From Lama guanicoe (taxonomy: Eukaryota): 64,000 nucleotides of DNA. A program made the translations under genes and the position numbers. Below the pieces are notes generated by a model. The model saw only the letters and a program-made list of their open reading frames with translations. It searched no databases and had not been told where the DNA came from. The DNA is taken from the NCBI GenBank assembly GCA_013239625.1, contig MU055864.1, forward strand, positions 11,084,397-11,148,396. The letters run 5' to 3'. Shown piece by piece: positions 1 through 11,720 of this stretch (the stretch's first letter is position 1; each line of letters opens with the position of its first letter).

Positions 1-179
1 GCAAACTTTTTTTTTTTTTAATATTAAAAACAAAACTCTCCACCTCTCCCCCTCTTTCCTTTTCCCTTCCAAGACTATTTAAATTTACATAGTAAAACAT
101 GTTAGGACAGCCAAGCCCCAGCGTGTTGTATTCTGTCCTCTAGCTGGCAAATTTATGCCACGACAGTTTATTCATCCTC

Positions 180-292
180 ATGGTTTTTGGAGACACCTCG
201 CCACGCATTTATGCTTCGATCTTCCGGTGCCTACCTCTGTGTGCTACCCATAAGGTCGAAAGAAAAGCAAGTATTTTATTTCTCTATTCAGG
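180..292 (+). other. TCF4: Candidate 3' part of an alternative TCF4 first exon (7a type)
   Basis: CpG-retaining segment ~18.3 kb upstream of the 65-nt exon, similar to the recalled human 7a spacing. Candidate donors CAA|gtattt (271) and AGG|gtgggt (293), followed by T-rich intron-like sequence. Confidence 0.4.
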
Positions 293-3200
293 GTGGGTTT
301 TTTCTTTTTTTCTTTTTTTTTTTTTTTGGATGATTTTTTTCCCTTTGCTTTTTTTTTTTTTTTTAATCTATTCCCTTTGTGGCTTAGTGGTGTAAGAGTT
401 TGGGAATGTGCCCATAATTCTCTCACTCAACACTTCTGGTTTAGTGTTGGGCTTCAAACGTGATTTTAAGAGACCCTATACAATCAAAATGGATACCCAG
501 AAACCGCAGAACAGACATATCGACAAGCGTTCAGTACAGAGAGCTATTAATTTATAAACCTTCTGTGTGCTGCTTTCAAAATGTGTGACTGGAGATTGGC
601 AAACAACCATTTGGTGCCAACCTGGTACCATGTTTTGTCAGACTAGCCTAAAGTTAAACTGAAGTTCTTTCTCAGTCTCAACACTAGAAAGTAAAAAACC
701 TAAACTGAATTGTAACTTGATTTCAGATTTGATCTTCAGGTTAAAAAATAATTATTACTAAGTCAGATCTCTCTGCTGAGGCAGTTTTTTTTTTTTTTCA
801 AAGATGTGTATGAGGATTAAGAGAAAGGGAGAATGAAAGCATATTTCTTCATAAATTGTCAAATTTATAAGCATTTTCACTCTCAAATGATATAAAACAA
901 CTTCAGGCAGTCCCCAAGATGCAATTTCCTGTTTATTTAAAGTTAAGTTGCAATTCCCAAAGTTGCTAGCCCAGCATAAATAAAGAATATAAATATGCCT
1001 TGTTCGGGGAAGATAGAAAGTTTGAGTTGCTAGGTTCTGTTTTTTTAGAGTATCTCAGTGAAATTGAAAGTATCATCAGTTATTAAATGAGAAACTTAAA
1101 AGTACATCGTTTTTTCCCCTATTATGCAATTAAGACTGACTAGGTTTTTATTCCTTATTAATCTTTTAGAGTTCCAAGAAACAGAATTTTAATTCAGTCT
1201 CTGGCTTTTTCCAGCTTCTGTCTTGTCACAGTTTGTGAGTGACCATGTGTGTGTGTAATCACGCATGTTGTGTAAATGTGTGTGTGTGTGTCAGTGTCTA
1301 GAGATTATGGTGTGTGGGTCTGTCCTCTTTCCTTTAAAATCTATTGTGTTAAAATAGAAGGCAGAAGAAGATTTTTTTTCCCTTTAGTTTACTTATTTTT
1401 TATGCGGGCAAACTGCCCATCCAGATGGTAGAATTTCACCTGTAAGCAATCTGAAACGATAGGTTAATTTTGACATTTTATAGAGCTTTTTTATTTCCTT
1501 TTCATACAGTCCAACTAAGTGCAGAGTAACTGCTCAAGATGTTTCCTCCCCCCTCCCCCCCACGCTTTTTCTCTTAAAGTGCTTCCTGCTGTGATTGGTC
1601 CTTTTTTCCCCCCATATCTGTATTTTGGGCTCAGTTAGAATCTGTGGCTTTAGGCACTTTGCTGCTATTGTCAGAACCACATCTGATGAAATCTTTGACC
1701 ACCTCTAATATGTGTAAATGAGGAAGTGACGGCAGAAGTGAAGGAACCAGTGTCGATCAGCAGGTTAGTGGGGGAGAAGTGGAGCATTTTAATTGTACAA
1801 GTTCAGCATTCCACTGGCTTTGATAAATTCAGTGTGAGTGTTCTCCTCCCACCAAATTTACAACCCCTCCTTTCCTCAGTAATGCCTAGCATGGTGTTAG
1901 CAACCGGAATCTTGAAATTCGGTTTTATTTCCAGCGTGGCTAGCCTCTGGTGGCTTCTGGGACTGAGCAAACTGGAGATGCTTTGAAATTATTTGTTGAG
2001 CTGTTATCAAGGAATCCCATTGCTCCTCAAAGCAGGTTTGGGGGGCTGTTTATGGAGTAGAGTGTGAAAGAGAAAGGGGAGTATTGGAGATTGCCTTCAC
2101 TCATAATAATTGTCAAAAATAATAATTTTGAGTACTGGCCTCTTGTTTTTGTTTCTAAAAGTCCTTCATTTGCATGAATTATTTCCCGAGTTATTTATAT
2201 CCTAAAGATGGCTCTAGGGGCCGTCATCTTCTTTGCTTCATTCCCTTGGGAGAACATTTTTGAAAGTGCCCCATTAATGTTGTACCTGTTAAGATCTGGG
2301 ACCCTAGTGTAGCACTTTTGATTGCTTTTTCTGTTTCCTGTTTTGCAGATGTTAATTCCTTTGGGTATTTTTTTTTTAAGTGATGAGATGTTCACTGTCC
2401 AGCAGCAAGACACGTTTCCTGGAGTTACTGAACTCTGAAATAGGATACCCGAGGGCGATCAGTTTTACCCTCTCCAGAAGCTCTGGCTTCAATCAAGGAG
2501 AATTACTGCCCCGTGACTGAGAATTTTAAAGTAGTTGTTTCGCTAACACATCATAGATTTTCTTGCAGGTATTGCAACAGAATCAACATTTGTTTATGGC
2601 CAGTGAATCCAGGGCTCCTGGCCGTGTTCTCATCCCGTTGTTTCTCATAGTTCTCTTGCAAACTTTCCCATTGGTCGGGGTCTGTGGAGAGATTTCAGTG
2701 GCTGGCTGGTGGAAATGTTTGAGAGAACATTTGCGTATCAAAGCAGCCTAGATGTTTGCAAAAATGTTTGCTTGAGAGAAAGAAAGAAAGAAAAAAAAAA
2801 AAGAACCCACTTAGGATTAGGAAGTAACAGCTTTAAACATTTTAAAAGCATTTGTGATTTCCCGGAGAATATTATTCATGAGCCAAGGCCTAACCTGAAT
2901 CGCCTGGGTCAGGCCAGTATCCGTATTTTTAAAAAGCTTGTAAGATAATGACTGTTTTGCCTTAGGCTTAAGAGCTGCACCTAGATGCGGTATAAAAATT
3001 CCCTCCAAATTAAAAGACACAGGTATATCCAGAAAATCATTGTTTATGATTTAGTGAACCTATAAAAAACGAGGGAGGGAAAGGGCATCCTGCTTTTTCC
3101 TCCTCGATACATGTTCCTCCAGAAAACCCAGTTGTACCGCTGTCACATGATGCTCGGTTCTGCTGGAGTCCGTACCCTTTCTCTTAATGGTGATCTTTCT

Positions 3201-3759
3201 CTTTTTTCTTGGTAAAGAGTTTAACGTGGACGTCTTGGTGTTCAAATTATTAAAGTTTCAGCTGCATTACACTGATGGGTTGGAAGCAGCACATACAAAA
3301 CTCAGTGCAGGCCAGTTTTTCCCGTTTGCTAACAATGTAGGAGTTGAGTGTTGACAATGACTGTACTTAAAAGCCCCTTGGATCAGGTGTTATTTTACCA
3401 TCTGGACATTTTAATTAGTAATAAAAATGTGGATCTGGACGCACAGAAATAGGATCAGCAGTACACGACGGCGCAGTGCGCTCTGTTGGTGTGGAGGTGT
3501 GTGTGTCTACATTTGTGTGTGCGTGTGCGTGCACTCATGTGTAAGTGTAATTGTGTGCTATGTATGTGTTCATTCCTCCCAGAAAACCCAAGCATAGGAT
3601 TCTGGTGCCTTTTTCAAATGGGGCACTATCGCAATTGCAAAAAAATGTGGCTACTTTTCTTGAATAAGAGGTAAAAATGTACAATAAATATACTTGCATT
3701 CCTAAGTAATACTTACGTGTATCCTTTGAGTGCTCATACTTCCTCATGTAATACATGGT

Positions 3760-3985
3760 ATGGCATGGTAGTCAATGCTGACGTTAGAGGTCGGCGTGGG
3801 CAAAAGATGTGACTCCAACATTTCATAGCTGTGTGTCCTGAGACAGATAACTTAACCTCTCTGAGTCTCCCTCTCTTTTCACATATAGAATGAAAGCATT
3901 GATGATGATAGTTACGATACCTATCTAACAGGATTATGATGAAGCTTACAAGAGCATGCAGGTGAAAGCACTTGATAAAATACAA
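3760..3985 (+). mobile_element. MIR SINE
   Basis: MIR core tagctgtgtg...acttaacctctctgagtctc...gtgaaagcactt. Confidence 0.7.
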
Positions 3986-4007
3986 AGAAGTATAACAATC
4001 GATTTTT

Positions 4008-4116
4008 TAAAAATCTTTATTTATCTCCCCTTAATGGAGGCACTGGGGATTGAACCCAGGACCTCGTGCATGCCAAGCACATGCTCTGCCACTGAGCTAC
4101 ACCTATCCCACCCCCC
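4008..4116 (-). mobile_element. tRNA-Ala-derived camelid SINE (vic-1 type)
   Basis: ggggattgaacccaggacctc...ccactgagcta (reverse B and A boxes). TSD aacaatcgattttt (3994-4007) / aacaattgattttt (4117-4130). Confidence 0.9.
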
Positions 4117-4556
4117 AACAATTGATTTTTGATACAAATTACCTGTCATAACTCATAACTATCTTCATAATTCAATAAATTATCTCATAGTAAAAAAATA
4201 AGAGTGATGTAAATATAAGAGTGCATTAACAAATCGGTAACTTTAGGATCACCAGAAAATGTGTACAGAATTTTAAACATGAAGCAAAGTGACCCATTTC
4301 TGTCTAGTATCTGGATATGCTCTTTGAAATAATGTTATTCTTAATTAAGGCAGAAGCGGGTACGTTTGAGGGAAACAGTGACCCTCTGGAGAGATGGAGA
4401 GTGAAAATAGTTTAGGGAAATGAGTCTCGGCGTCTTCTCGTTCGGAAAGATGCATGCGTGCTTCTCTTGATCATTATGAATTTCGTGTTTGCAAACCAGT
4501 GTGAATTCTCTAACGATAGTCATTATTGTTTAGAAAAACCTGCCCATTACAGTTTA

Positions 4557-4570
4557 TACACAACACACAG

Positions 4571-4603
<33 letters not shown>
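4557..4603. repeat. (AC)n microsatellite
   Basis: Direct read; pure run 4571-4597. Confidence 0.95.
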
Positions 4604-7130
4604 TCATATTATATATAAATTTGCTCAAGAAGGCATCCTTCCCCAGGAAGTGAGGCTGTTGATAAAATTGCTATTTGACGCTGGACCAGATGAGTTTGGA
4701 CACTTCCGTAGAAAGCTTGTGCAGTTTTTATTACAGGTTCAGTTCTCTTCCTGAGAATCCTTCAGAAAGGATTTGTTTTCTTAAATGCATGGTATAATAG
4801 AATACTATTGTATAATGATGCGATTTAGGTCCTTTCATTCATTTCATCTTCCTCTCCCTTAATATAATAAATGCATACCTTGATTATAATATAAATTTTA
4901 TTTACATTACATTGTTTCCAGCAACAAATAGTTATTATTAGAGACAACCTGGTTTTAATCAATGCCTTAGAAGGCTTAGAAGACTATGGAACATGCTATT
5001 AGCAGAAGCATGCAGGTTTCTTTCCAGTAAACTGCTAGGAGGAATTAAATTCAGCAAATTCATTCATTTGATAAATTTTAAGTAAACTACAGAAGAAACA
5101 GAAACGTGCCAGTGATGACTGTACAGCTTTTCAGATTTGGGGGACTTGAAAGTGGAAACCAGTTTCATTTAATATTCTGTCAGTTTCATTTAAACATCCC
5201 AGTCTAACCACCAGTTTCATTTACATGTATTCTAATCTTGTTGAACAGTGAGGCTCTACATTTTATTTGCTTGGAACTTTTTGAAATGAGGCTACAGGTC
5301 CTCCTCTTTGAAACTTCCCTTGATCAAAATGGTCCTGTGTGCCCTCCCCTTTCACAGTTCAGTGCCGACAGTCCTGAGATGAGCAAGACGTCATGGGACT
5401 CCTTTGAAATTATCTCATAAAAAATTATCTAATAAAAGGAATTCAATGAAAAATTGACTGGGGGGGAGCACTTAAAATTTAATAAAAAAAATAAAGTGAT
5501 TCAAAGTAAAGTCTGGAGCCAAACTCCTTAATTGCGGTGCATTTGCTTAGTTCGCCTCTTCCAGCGTCGGGCCTGCTCTGATACCATATGGCCGTACCAT
5601 GGAACATTGAACTTGTCAGATATAATGGATTGCCCTGGAAGCAGATTTTNNNNNNNNNNNNNNNNNNNNNNNNNNNNNNNNNNNNNNNNNNNNNNNNNNN
5701 NNNNNNNNNNNNNNNNNNNNNNNNNNNNNNNNNNNNNNNNNNNNNNNNNNNNNNNNNNNNNNNNNNNNNNNNNNNNNNNNNNNNNNNNNCACGTAAGGAG
5801 GTATTACCCCCGCCACTGGCCTTAGTAGGCTGCATGTCAGGATCATTTAAATTTGCCTGGACTTAACAGATTGTGTAGACATTTCAGCATTGAGTGCTTA
5901 GGAATAATAAAACGTCATCATTTTAACTTATGCAAAAGCGGTTTTAGCCACATTGGCCAAAAGACAAGTATTATTTATCATGACCTACATATAACCTGAA
6001 CCACCTGATTTGTAGATACTGTAAATTAAGTTCAACTCTCAAATCTACCTAGAATGCTTAAAAAAAAAATCACCCGATGAAGATGTTACACGGCTTCATC
6101 GTTTTTGTTGGGTGAGGGAGGTGAGGTTGGAATAATCATTTAGGGGGATGGACAGGTAGCATTTAATGATCCTACTAAGCTTTCCAACTTGAAACTTAAG
6201 TGCTGATAACCTTCTGTTTATTCTAATGTAGCTGAAATTAGAGACTGGCCATCCTTTGGATTATTTAACTTTTATCTGTAAAAGTGAAAAAATGTAGTAT
6301 CTGATGTTGGTTTTAATTTGGTGCTTCCATGGAGTAACTCGTATTTTTTTTTTTTCTTTTCAATTGATGATGTTGTCTCTGAAATCACAGGCTCAGAACG
6401 TGCTAGGAGGACTTTGTGGCTTTTGCATCTATAGGAAAACTTCTTTTAAAAGAATAAGCAGTACCCTTTCCACAGGTGCACGTACACACATCACTGTGGG
6501 GTAAAAAACTGGTATTATCTGCTGTAACCCCAAAGCTAATATTATAATACAGAGACTCAGAATAGGCAACTTACAAGTAATCAGTCAAGCACAAAACAGT
6601 GGAAAAATAAGTAACTTATGTATCTCAATTTAACCATAAAATGGTACATATTTGATTACTCTCGGGTTACAAAAATTAATTAATAGATTTGTATATGACA
6701 CATGACATTACTCTAAAACTCTCCTTGCAAAGCATAATTTAATATACTCACCAAAACGTGTGTTTACATGTTAGAAATTTAATATTTAATTTACTTCTAC
6801 AAATTTTTGTTTTCTAGATAATTCTTAATACAGATCTATAAAAGCTACAGTGACCTTAATATAACCTCACTTCTGTACAAAGGAGAATTATTTCTTCTTA
6901 ATGAACAACTTTCCACGAAGCAGTTAAGAAATCTCTGTTAAAGTCAGCATTGATTAATAAAGTGTCCTTGCGTCTATTTCTTACTAATTCTAAACTGAGC
7001 ATATTTGTTTTATTAATGCCACTAATAGGATGATTTTTTCCCCCTTTCCTTGTATTCAAATTTTGGTCAAGTTTAGTCCTAAATGAGTTTGGGCGGTGCA
7101 TGGCCAGAGCCAGCGCTTGTTGGGGCATGT

Positions 7131-7145
7131 GCGCCCTCTGCTGGC
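7131..7145 (-). promoter_or_regulatory. CTCF motif
   Basis: Reverse complement GCCAGCAGAGGGCGC matches the core CCASYAGRKGGCRS. It sits in a small GC/CpG-rich patch within AT-rich DNA. Confidence 0.7.
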
Positions 7146-10100
7146 TGCTCGGATTGGAACCGACTGGTGTGTGGGGTTCTTAATTTCTTTTACTTTTCAA
7201 GGTTGGGGTTTTTTTTGTTTCTTGTTTTGTTTCTGTATCTTACACAACTAATCAGATATTTGCAGTGATTATAAAGTTGTAGGTTAATACTGAGTATGGT
7301 GATTAACTTATTTTTATTAGGAAAGGAAGGGTTTTTAGGGGGGGTATTTTGGGGGTGGTTACTTTTGCTAAATAGCCTCTTGATAGCTCCAATAACATGT
7401 AAAGTCTATGCCACTCTTGAGTTATTCAGTGGTTGTTTTCATATGACCATTAATCATATTTCCGCTGCTTTCGTAGTTCCTCCTGGCCTGATTACGCTCG
7501 AGAAGAATTCTTGTTTGACTAAGTTGGAAATGGACTTAAAAAAAATAAATCATTGGAATTTTGCAACATGACTCCTTGTGTGTAGGTAATGCCCCTTAGA
7601 GAACTCCGTTAGGCCTGGCGGTTTCCACTTGCTTTGTGAAGGAAAATGAGTGTGCATTTGCATGGCAATGTTTTAGGAAGACATTTTTGGTTTCCACGCA
7701 GTGCAGACCAAATGGCACTGTCCCCCTGGGAGACATTGAGAACCGAAGTTTAAGTGGAACCTTTTTTTTGTTTTGTTTTGCCGCTTTTGGTTGTTGTATA
7801 CAGAGTGTGAGCTGTTTAAGGAGCAAATCACTGATGGTCTCTTTGTTCCCAGGTCTTAGGTCTAAGTCATACAAGGCAGTTCCAGAGGAAACATCTGGCC
7901 TCTCCACCATCACATGGGTGGAGAGCATCCTTGGGTCGTGGTGGTGAAAACGAGGCGTCTGTATAAAGAACATGTCTTTAAAATAGCAACCGTTTTTGTT
8001 GATAAGTTTTCATCAAATTCTTTGTAAAAATTAGTTACGTGTAAGTGATTTCTACCTATCTCTGAAATGACTTGGTTGAATCAATTCAGTGACTGTTCTG
8101 TGCTGAAGACATTTTGGCTTTTTACAGTTCTTTTGTCTTTGCAAATTTCTCCAGTTTATAAGCAAATTCCATCAAAAACTCCCCAGCCACCGCGCCTAGT
8201 GTGGAATGCTCCCAGAACTTAGGGGAGCGAGGGCATGTCATCTCAGTTTTCCCCAGTTTTCCATCTTTCCAATTTCAGGTACTAGTTACCTTCAAATTTG
8301 TTTAGCATAAATCATGTGAGTTTTTATTTATCTTGATTTATTTAACATTTTCAAATAGCTGCAAACCGCGTTCCAACAGATACCCAGTTCCCGCTAAGTC
8401 TGCTTTAACGACAACCTGCCGTGGAGTCTCAAATATGCATCTTTCCTGTTGTCACCTGTTGCCACGCTGAGTTCTGTTAGGTGCTCTCTGTGCTTTTATC
8501 TGCATCATACCCCTTACGATGTCATTATTGGCCACTTCACTCATCTAAACTCTTAACTCTTGAGAATAATGTCCATCGTTGACTTACCATCAGCCTTCAC
8601 GTGGCAGGTACGCGTAGGCACCCGACAAATATTTATTTCCCTATCCTGTGTTTTCTGGACCACTTTCACGACCGTTCAAAGTTTTTACACATTTCAGAAC
8701 TGAAAATCGTTGTCTGTAAACATCTATTTCCCGTGATGTATTTTGTTTTCTTGCATGTTTGTGATAGGACGCGGGGACTGTTCTGACTAACCCCCTTCCT
8801 CCGCTCTTTCTTCTCCCTCATCACCCTTTCCTCTGCCTCTCCTCTTCCTTCCCGTGTCCCCCGCCTTCCTCTCTTGACTTAGTCATGCTCATGTATTCGG
8901 AAATTGGGAGGCTTTTCTTAAACAGTAGTTCATGTACTTTTTTCTATGAACCATCACCTTCCTTTAACAGGGAAGCTGGACTCTGAGTCGTTTGGTCCTG
9001 TTTCCCTCCCAGCTTGGCTGTCATGGGGCCGTTCTTTTCAAATTGATCTTGATGTGCGAGCTCATCAGTGGTTAGCAGCCTTCCTACTCTTTGCTCTCTG
9101 AATGCCTGGAATTGTATTTGGAATTGCGGGTTATTTCACCCCAACTTCTGAGTACTCTTATGTTTAGGGAATATGGACCCTGCGTAGTCTGAGACTAGAG
9201 ATGTAGTCATCTAATATGTTACAGATACATATATAAATGACGCTTGGATTATCCTCTGGGGTTAAAAATGTTACTTATATACATATGTATATATATGTAA
9301 GTGCAATGCTGTGTTACACATATGTATAAACTATATTTTAAATATTCATGAATCCCCATCCCCTTTATATTTTTGTGCATTCTTGGGTTTCTTTGCATGT
9401 GATTTCTTTAACAAATGATAAAGGTTATATTCTAATTGTTAGTTGTGAGCTCAGCTTGAAAACCAGGGCCATTGCCTACATGCCATGGCGCTAAAGTATG
9501 TGATTTTCCTAGGTAGACATTCTATCATGAACTTAATACTAAAACTTTTTGTCTGTTTTCTGTTTCTTTGTACCTAATTCAGAGTTTGGTCATTTTTTAT
9601 TTTTTACATCTAATGTTAGTAAGACCCTTGTTAGAACATCAGTGTAATGGGCAGCACATAATTTATTGCTAGAAGTAATTTATGTGGTGATTTTCTTGAA
9701 ATTTGCTGATAAATTCCAAATAATTGAGCCAGGCAACGAAGTCTTGCTCATAGGATATTGTCTCCGCTACAGCTGGCCAGAAATGTACTAGATTTCCTCT
9801 AGAGGAATCATAGGATCAGATCCTCTCCCCCAGCGTGGACTTGTAATGCTTTCGGGAGAGCATGGGGAATACATGGATGAAAGGGCCCTTTTAGGTTAAC
9901 AGGCTAAGTCAGGTTCACTAGACGCTGATCCTGGAGTCTAAAGTGACCTCTGTCTTGGAGTAGAAACAGGGAAGAGACACTTTCGGAGCAGTGGCCAGTG
10001 GGGCTGATCCAGAGGCTTGTCCTTGTATCAGGACACTTATGTCTTGGAATTCTGTTGTTTATTCTGGTCATCTACTGGGTAACGCGAGATGAATTTCTTT

Positions 10101-10361
10101 AAAACAACCAGTCTTCATTAGTGGAGGTGAACAAATGCGAAGCCCTAGTTCACTGTCAGAAAAGGTTTCTCTAGCCCACGGAACGTAACTATCTGAAAGG
10201 GTCTTGGAGATCAACACCTGTCTGCTCTTGAAAAATTCAGCTCAGTAGGTTGGATTTTGGGTCATAATTGGTTTTTTTGTTGCTGTGATCTACCAGGGTA
10301 GCAGGTCTGTTGGAGTTTCAGCTGATCAGTAACCCTAAAGGCTAAACCTGTTCACTTAAAT

Positions 10362-10530
10362 CAGTGATTCCTATCCCTGGCTTTTTGGACTAACCAGTGG
10401 AATTGTAGTTTGAAAAACAGATTCCAGACCCCACTCCACTGAATGCAGGTACCCTGGGGTAGAGAACCCAGGACCCTGTTTTAAGAAAAGTCTTGCTAAG
10501 GATTCTCATGATCAACAGGGTTTCTGAGTC
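10362..10530. mobile_element. MER5-like hAT-Charlie element
   Basis: cagtgattcc...aaacagattccagacccca...ctggggtagagaacccagga...gattctcatg. Confidence 0.6.
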
Positions 10531-11220
10531 TTGGAATTGAATTTGGGCGGATAGCTTTTCTCCACACCCATCCTGTGTCTTCCTTGCCTCCTAAGGATAC
10601 AGCAAAAAATATTTCACTTCTGCTGGCTTTTAATACCTTTATTGTGTATGGCAACACTGACCTTTTTTCATTTTTAGAAAATGAAAAACTGTCACATTTC
10701 TTCAAATGAAAAAACATAAGATTTCCCATGCATGTGTTGTTTCTTCAGAAGCCCCACAAGTCCTTAACTGCCCTAGCTAAACCCAAACACCATGGACGCA
10801 AATTGCAATAAAAAATATACGATAGGGCAGGCAGAACTGGTGAGGTCTTATTCACATAAAGCCAGTGGTAAGTTACTCAGCAGAAGTAAGTTGAGCGATC
10901 TCGGGGTTGCCCTGAGTCCTTCAGGTCGTCTAGGGGACCCTTGTACAAATTGCTGATTCAGAAAATCATTACTCTGGNNNNNNNNNNNNNNNNNNNNNNN
11001 NNNNNNNNNNNNNNNNNNNNNNNNNNNNNNNNNNNNNNNNNNNNNNNNNNNNNNNNNNNNNNNNNNNNNNNNNNNNNNNNNNNNNNNNNNNNNNNNNNNN
11101 NNNNNNNNNCCTGCATTGGGAAGAGAAGGCACAAACCTCATGTGCTGTAATGTGATAATGTGCGCGCTTCACCTGTGCGTGACGCTGAGGGAAGGGACTA
11201 TTTTGGCTGTCGTTGTCTAG

Positions 11221-11268
11221 GGCAAGCAAAAAGGATCGAAGGCAGCACTTTAATTTTGCATCGAGAAG
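11221..11268 (+). other. Candidate 48-nt frame-preserving cassette exon
   Basis: Acceptor ttttggctgtcgttgtctag and strong donor AAG|gtgagt (11269). Open in the phase-1 frame this intron requires. Confidence 0.3.
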
Positions 11269-11529
11269 GTGAGTTTTGGTGTCCCGGAGGATGGTCATCC
11301 AAAATGTTGACCAGTTCTTGCATTTTCATCCATCCAAGGACTCCAGAACACCTCTTTGGCTTAATGCGTGTTGAGTTGACAGTCTTTGAGGAGAGGATTG
11401 TGTTACACAGCGAGAAAAAGACAAATGGAATAGTCTCTGTTGCCACAGTAGATACTGAGAATACATCTGGAACGCTCCAAGAAGAGATGGCTTATTGTAA
11501 AAACAGGCTTTGGTACAGAAATTGGTAGT

Positions 11530-11720
11530 TGATGTTCTAGCTTTGTCTGTGTAACTTCTTTTGTTTGTGCTAAGCAGGTTACCCTTTCTTAATTTTAGTG
11601 ACCTCATCTATGCAAATAGGGGTTACAATGCCCACCTAAGGAATCCTTAGGGCCTGGTTGTCTTAAATAATGTAAGTTAAGTTACCCTGCCTACTATGTA
11701 GTGCTTTACGAATGTGAGAG
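11530..11720 (+). mobile_element. MIR SINE (degenerate)
   Basis: cctcatctatgcaaatagggg...taaataatgtaag. Confidence 0.5.

Noticed and set aside
2709-2948. MFERT... resemblance to a CELF2 N-terminus
   Set aside because: Only five residues match, and the locus is TCF4.
9270-9305. TATATACATATGTATATA palindrome
   Set aside because: Low-complexity TA repeat, so the symmetry is trivial.
10749-10867. 119-nt exon-like unit (ttcttcag ... GTG|gtaagt)
   Set aside because: Stops in all frames, short pyrimidine tract and no other support; typical pseudo-exon.
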